Assembly (NCBI GenBank): GCA_950097015.1
Contig: CATNEN010000038.1
Location: 22,630,001 to 22,694,000, forward strand
DNA length: 64,000 nt
Reading direction: 5' to 3'
Source of the DNA: Macrostomum hystrix
Lineage: Eukaryota; Animalia; Platyhelminthes
Part shown: positions 60,385 to 64,000 of the stretch, piece after piece
Position numbering within the stretch: the first letter of the stretch is position 1
Layout of the letters: every line of letters begins with the position of its first letter
The notes under the pieces: model-generated
Databases searched by the model: none
What the model was told of the DNA's origin: nothing
The model's input: the letters and a program-made list of their open reading frames with translations, nothing else
Made by a program: the position numbers and the translations under genes

Positions 60385-62190
60385 CCTATTAGATTCAGAA
60401 CTGAGATGTCTATAGATTCAGAACTGAGATGTCTATAGATTCAGAACTGAGATTTCTATAGATTCAGAACTGAGATGTCTATAGATTCAGAACTGAGATG
60501 TCTATAGATTCAGAACTGAGATGTCTATAGATTCAGAACTGAGATGTCTATAGATTCAGAACTGAGATGTCTATAGATTCAGAACTGAGATGTCTATAGA
60601 TTCAGAACTGAGATGTCTATAGATTCAGAACTGAGATGTCTATAGATTCAGAACTGAGATGTCTATAGATTCAGAACTGAGATGTCTATAGATTCAGAAC
60701 TGAGATGTCTATAGATTCAGAACTGAGATGTCAATCGATTCAGAATTTAGATGCCTATAGATTCAGAATTTAGATGCCTATAGATTCAGAACTGAGATGT
60801 CTATAGATTCAGAACTGAGATGTCTATAGATTCAGAACTGAGATGTCTATAGATTCAGAACTGAGATGTCAATAGATTCAGAACTGAGATGTCAATAGAT
60901 CAGAACTGAGATGTCTATAGATTCAGAACTGAGATGTCTATAGATTCAGAACTGAGATGTCTATAGATTCAGAACTGAGATGTCTATAGATTCAGAACTG
61001 AGATGTCTATAGATTCAGAACTGAGATGTCTATAGATTCAGAACTGAGATGTCTATAGATTCAGAACTGAGATGTCTATAGATTCAGAACTGAGATTTCT
61101 ATAGATTCAGAACTGAGATGTCTATAGATTCAGAACTGAGATGTCTATAGATTCAGAACTGAGATGTCTATAGATTCAGAACTGAGATGTCTATAGATTC
61201 AGAACTGAGATGTCTATAGATTCAGAACTGAGATGTCTATAGATTCAGAACTGAGATGTCTATAGATTCAGAACTGAGATGTCTATAGATTCAGAACTGA
61301 GATGCCTATAGATTCAGAACTGAGATGTCTATAGATTCAGAACTGAGATGTCTATAGATTCAGAACTGAGATGTCTATAGATTCAGAACTGAGATGTCTA
61401 TAGATTCAGAACTGAGATGTCTATAGATTCAGAACTGAGATGTCTATAGATTCAGAACTGAGATGTCTATAGATTCAGAACTGAGATGTCAATCGATTCA
61501 GAATTTAGATGCCTATAGATTCAGAATTTAGATGCCTATAGATTCAGAACTGAGATGTCTATAGATTCAGAACTGAGATGTCTATAGATTCAGAACTGAG
61601 ATGTCTATAGATTCAGAACTGAGATGTCAATAGATTCAGAACTGAGATGTCAATAGATCAGAACTGAGATGTCTATAGATTCAGAACTGAGATGTCTATA
61701 GATTCAGAACTGAGATGTCTATAGATTCAGAACTGAGATGTCTATAGATTCAGAACTGAGATGTCTATAGATTCAGAACTGAGATGTCTATAGATTCAGA
61801 ACTGAGATGTCTATAGATTCAGAACTTAGATGTCTATAGATTCAGAACTGAGATGTCTATAGATTCAGAACTGAGATTTCTATAGATTCAGAACTGAGAT
61901 GTCTATAGATTCAGAACTGAGATGTCTATAGATTCAGAACTGAGATGTCTATAGATTCAGAACTGAGATGTCTATAGATTCAGAACTGAGATGTCTATAG
62001 ATTCAGAACTGAGATGTCTATAGATTCAGAACTGAGATGTCTATAGATTCAGAACTGAGATGTCTATAGATTCAGAACTGAGATGTCTATAGATTCAGAA
62101 CTGAGATGTCTATAGATTCAGAACTGAGATGTCAATAGATTCAGAACCTAGATGTTTAAAGAATCAGAACTGAGATGTCTATAGATTTCG
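60385..62190. repeat. 23-bp minisatellite
   Basis: TAGATTCAGAACTGAGATGTCTA. Confidence 0.96.
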
Positions 62191-62779
62191 AATAAATATG
62201 TCTATAGATTCCGAAAAATATGTCTACAGATTCTATAGATTCTGAAATATCTATAGATTTACCCTCTAATCATTCAGATCTTCAATGCCTTCCCTCCCGT
62301 CCTTCAGTTTTTCAATCCTTTTTATCCTTTCCTTCAGTTTTTTAATCTCTTTCTTTTATCCTTCAGTTTATGAACCTGATTTTCTTTCCTTATTCAGCGT
62401 TTGCACACGCTTGTATTTAATCACGCTTTTAGAAGAACGATATAGAAAACAGAAGAAGCATTTTTTCGTTTATCGATTTGTACCAAATAAACTTTCCTTC
62501 AACATTTTTACATACAAGTGAATGCTAGCGAATGTGTAACTGAGTTTGATTTTTTGTAAACTGCAAAGTTCAAGTGTTTCGCAAAAGAGCAGGTGCATTT
62601 TGTGTTCTTAAACACAACACGTGACTTTGAAAATGGGTTCGAAACGCGGATCGATTTAATAATTTCTACACTTCTACATAAAATTCGTCTAAATACTCGT
62701 AAACCATACTTGGATCACAGCACTGACGCGACATTGTGACATGCGACATTGATCATTTGATAAACTTATTAATAACGAG

Positions 62780-63470
62780 ATCCATAAGATTGATAATACA
62801 AGAAATATCAGATCGGTAAGATTGATATTCTGAGAAAAACAAGATTTTGAGAAACACAAAACACGAAAAAGTTAAATATTTTTTAGGGATCGATTTATGA
62901 GATTGATAATATAAGAAATATCAGATCCATGAGATTGATAATATGAGAAATATCAGATCCATGAGATTGATCATATGAGAAATATCAGATCCATGAGATT
63001 GATCATATGAGAAATATCATATCCATGAGATTGATAATATGAGAAATATCAGATCCATGTGATTGATAATATGAGAAATATCAGATCCATGAGATTGATA
63101 ATATGAGAAATATCAGATCCATGAGATTGATAATATGAGAAATATCATATCCATGAGATGGATCATGTGAGAAGAATCAGATCCATGAGATTGATAATAT
63201 GAGAAATATCATATCCATGAGATTGATCATATGAGAAATATCAGATCCATGAGATTGATAACACGAGAAATATCAGATCCGTAAGATTGATAACACGAGA
63301 AACTTTAGATCCGTGAGATTGATAACATGAGAAACTTCAGATCCGTGAGATTGATAATATGAGAAATATCATATCCATGAGATGGATCATATGAGAAATA
63401 TCAGATACATGAGATTGATCATATGAGAAATATCAGATCCGTAAGATTGATAATTTGAGAAACTTTAGAT
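62780..63470. repeat. 32-bp minisatellite
   Basis: ATATGAGAAATATCAGATCCATGAGATTGATA. Confidence 0.92.
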
Positions 63471-64000
63471 CAAGTTTTCAAATATTTTCAAGTCACGTGT
63501 GCAGCTATCAGAACTGGTTTGCAGTGAATTTCTTAGAAACCTGGCAATTTGTTCGTAATTTGCTTTCTAAAGCGAATCTTATCATTTAAGCGATCATATT
63601 AATGCTACGCTTATTCAAGTGCGTAATTCCTCGCTAAAGTTGATAATGCTTGCTTTGGCAGAAGGTATTTATGAACTTATTCAACTAAAACTCGTTTAAG
63701 TTCTTTTCCTCAACTCTGACCTCTGCCCTCGGCGAACTAAATTAGTTTGAAAAGGTAAGAAAAGAACTCTCCTTTTGAAAATCTCTCCATAAATGTCTAC
63801 CTGTACAGGCTTGCTCTTATCTATTGCAATAGATTTGCCTTTTTTCTGCTTCAGGCAAGGTAATTAAAATATTGAAGACTGTTATAAAATGGCATTCCTT
63901 GCCCAACCTGTTTAAAGATAAAAAGTCACATTATTAGTAAAGGACCTAGCTAAGACAGTGGCCATTATACCTTGGCTCTAGTTCTACTTGTCTTCTTTAG

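Overview
Eukaryotic (metazoan) genomic DNA. GC-rich exons, poly-Q/poly-A tracts and a minisatellite in almost every long intron suggest a flatworm such as Macrostomum; this is inference. Five spliced host genes can be assembled by hand: the 5' end of homer (-), ornithine decarboxylase antizyme (-; +1 frameshift at UUU-UGA with a 3' pseudoknot), AP-2 alpha-adaptin (+), unkempt (-; apparently RING-less) and RASEF/Rab45 (-). Mobile DNA: an intact, very recent Ty3/Gypsy LTR element (apparently identical 469-bp LTRs, CACA TSD, tRNA-Arg-like PBS, C_CCA_AAC -1 slip site plus H-type pseudoknot); an intact hAT transposon inside an intronic minisatellite, itself carrying a nested MITE; a decayed LINE; two tRNA-derived SINE families; and three TIR MITEs. 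Top findings: (1) a bipartite 15+10-nt segment of the antizyme 3' UTR complementary to the mRNA's own start-codon region, a candidate long-range translational control element; (2) a different private minisatellite in nearly every long intron, three of them built on RFX X-box-like half-sites; (3) CpG depletion confined to the first kilobases of several transcription units. All coordinates were read by eye.
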